The notes below the pieces were generated by a model. The model was not told the origin of the DNA, did not search any database, and worked only from the letters and a program-made list of their open reading frames with translations. Source: Cyanophora paradoxa CCMP329 (Eukaryota > Plantae > Glaucophyta). From it: a DNA stretch of 64,000 nucleotides. The position numbers and the translations under genes were made by a program. Of this stretch, positions 62,501 to 64,000 are shown in pieces; within the stretch, counting starts at the first letter, position 1, and every line of letters begins with the position of its first letter. The stretch covers positions 61,170 through 125,169 of the forward strand of contig QPMI01000460.1 in the NCBI GenBank assembly GCA_004431415.1, written 5' to 3'.

Positions 62501-64000
62501 GAGCCTTCAAGAAAAAACAAATAGTTTGGAAGAGAGTATTTATACCCAACAAGAGGCAATTACAGCACTCCAAACTGAGGATGCCGCACTTGCAACGAGA
62601 ATAACTACCATAGAGAGTGATTATACTTCTTCTAATGTGGTTCAAGAATGGATGTCAGATTACTTACCCCTCACAGGAGGGACACTGTCAAGTAATCTTA
62701 CCATTTCCGGTAATCTCAAAGTGTCAAGCAACATTCAATTAGGAACTCATGGGACAGTTTTAGATGTGACTTATGACACACCCTATTATCCTGTTACTTC
62801 CAACACCGACCCTGCATTTACGATTCCGAATTGTGTAATGGCTGCAAAACCATCTGGCTATGCCCATTTACAGAATGCGTCTCAAACTACTATAAATAAC
62901 CGAGCAACATCGGCTGTCCCATTCATCCCAAATTTTTCTCCTGGTGTGTGGACTACCGGTTCATATTATAAAATCAATCCTTTAATTAATAATCAACTTA
63001 CTTTCAAAGCACCGGATAACCCTAATGTTGCTATCGAATTATTAACAAAGAGAGTAGATACTATCGATTGGAGTGCTGGATTAACATTTTTCTTTGTAGG
63101 TAGTGTTAGGTCAACTGATTGGACGCAGAATATGTTAAGCATATTAAATACCAATGTGCATGAATGTTCCTATGGGACTTATTTGGATACCTTTGTAAAT
63201 CCAATCGTTTGTAAATGGGGCATGAATAAATATTTAAATGCTGCTGCTGGAATTAACATGCAACGCGGAACACCAACATATAGTAACCTTCCAAATGTCC
63301 TTCTGCCTTATGAAGACTATGCGAATTTCAAATTTGCATACTGGGACACTACTGTTACTTCAAATAGCATATCATATTCAATAAACGGAAATCATCATGG
63401 AACTGTTGCGGGTAACTGGCTTCCGCCATCAACATTTAATAATATGATGATACGATTTAGTTTGGGAGAGTTTGCAGAACTACTTGTTTTCAATAGGGCC
63501 TTGTCCGAGATTGAGAAGCAACAAGTGAGATTTTATATTCAACAGTTGTATGGATTTCCTATAACTCAACCTCTTTACTATCCTGATAATATGCGAATAT
63601 CAGCAAATTATCTCTATCTAAACAACTTACACATTGGTTCAAATGCTATCATTCCAAACTATACAACATCAAATGTGGTTCAAGGTTGGATACAGAACCA
63701 CACACCTGCGTGGTCAAATATCACAGACAAACCATTAACTTTTGCTCCTGATGCTCATACTCACTCAAAAGACCAAATAACAGATTTCGCCCATTCTCAT
63801 TTATGGTCGGACATCACAGATAAACCGTTGACATTTGCACCTGATGCCCACACTCACACAAAATCACAAATAACAGATTTTGCCCATTCTCATACAAAGT
63901 CAGAGATTACAGATTTCGCCCATTCTCATACAAAGTCAGAAATAACAGATTTCGCCCACACTCATTTATGGGCTGACCTCACTGATAAACCATTAACATT
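59506..64000 (+). CDS. Long fibre/adhesin-like protein with phage-tail-fibre HxH repeats and two LamG/ConA-like domains; frameshifted to ~62.3 kb, then open to the window end (partial)
   Basis: HRHDWEDI/HRHNWNQI repeats ~60660-60860; YLPLTGGT motifs at ~61535 and 62661; ELLCYGRTLSDTELQNIRWYLQQKYG and ELLVFNRALSEIEKQQVRFYIQQLYG; terminal (AHSHTKSEITDF)/(WSDITDKPLTFAPDAHTH) repeats. The 62280-64000 frame is missing from the ORF track because it has no stop. Confidence 0.7.

Larger units (their letters stand above)
40416..64000. mobile_element. Endogenous Polinton-like virus / Maverick-type provirus (left end uncertain between ~40.37 and 41.94 kb; right end beyond window)
   Basis: Abrupt loss of introns and drop in GC; clustered MCP, two pentons, packaging ATPase, primase-helicase, pPolB and rve integrase. 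Confidence 0.92.

Overview
The window has two very different halves. (1) ~1-40,370 is GC-rich, intron-dense eukaryotic (protist/algal-type) nuclear DNA. It holds a secreted GPS/GAIN-motif surface protein, two divergently oriented soluble adenylyl cyclase (ADCY10-like: tandem cyclase + STAND P-loop + helical repeats) paralogues flanking MCM8, a probable secreted protein and a gene fragment. It also has frequent GC-AG introns, two tiny TSD-flanked retroposed inserts and a 72-bp perfect intronic foldback. (2) From ~40.4-41.9 kb to the window end is an AT-richer, intron-free endogenous Polinton-like virus (PLV/Maverick-type). It encodes two head-to-head minor capsid (penton) proteins, a double-jelly-roll major capsid protein with NCLDV-like motifs, an A32-like packaging ATPase, an AT-hook protein, a Prim-Pol/SF3 helicase, a protein-primed PolB whose proofreading domain looks collapsed, an rve (DDE) integrase, a patatin-discoidin fusion and a long phage-tail-fibre/LamG-like protein running off the window. 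Non-coding parts include a 30-bp perfect hairpin, a CRISPR-like 13-unit array with recurring spacer types, and iteron palindromes that bracket the capsid+primase module in inverted orientation. All ten frameshifts I could phase in the core viral genes are net -1, so the provirus is probably intact and the breaks are assembly errors. The right end of the element is outside the window, and all homology calls are by motif recognition only.
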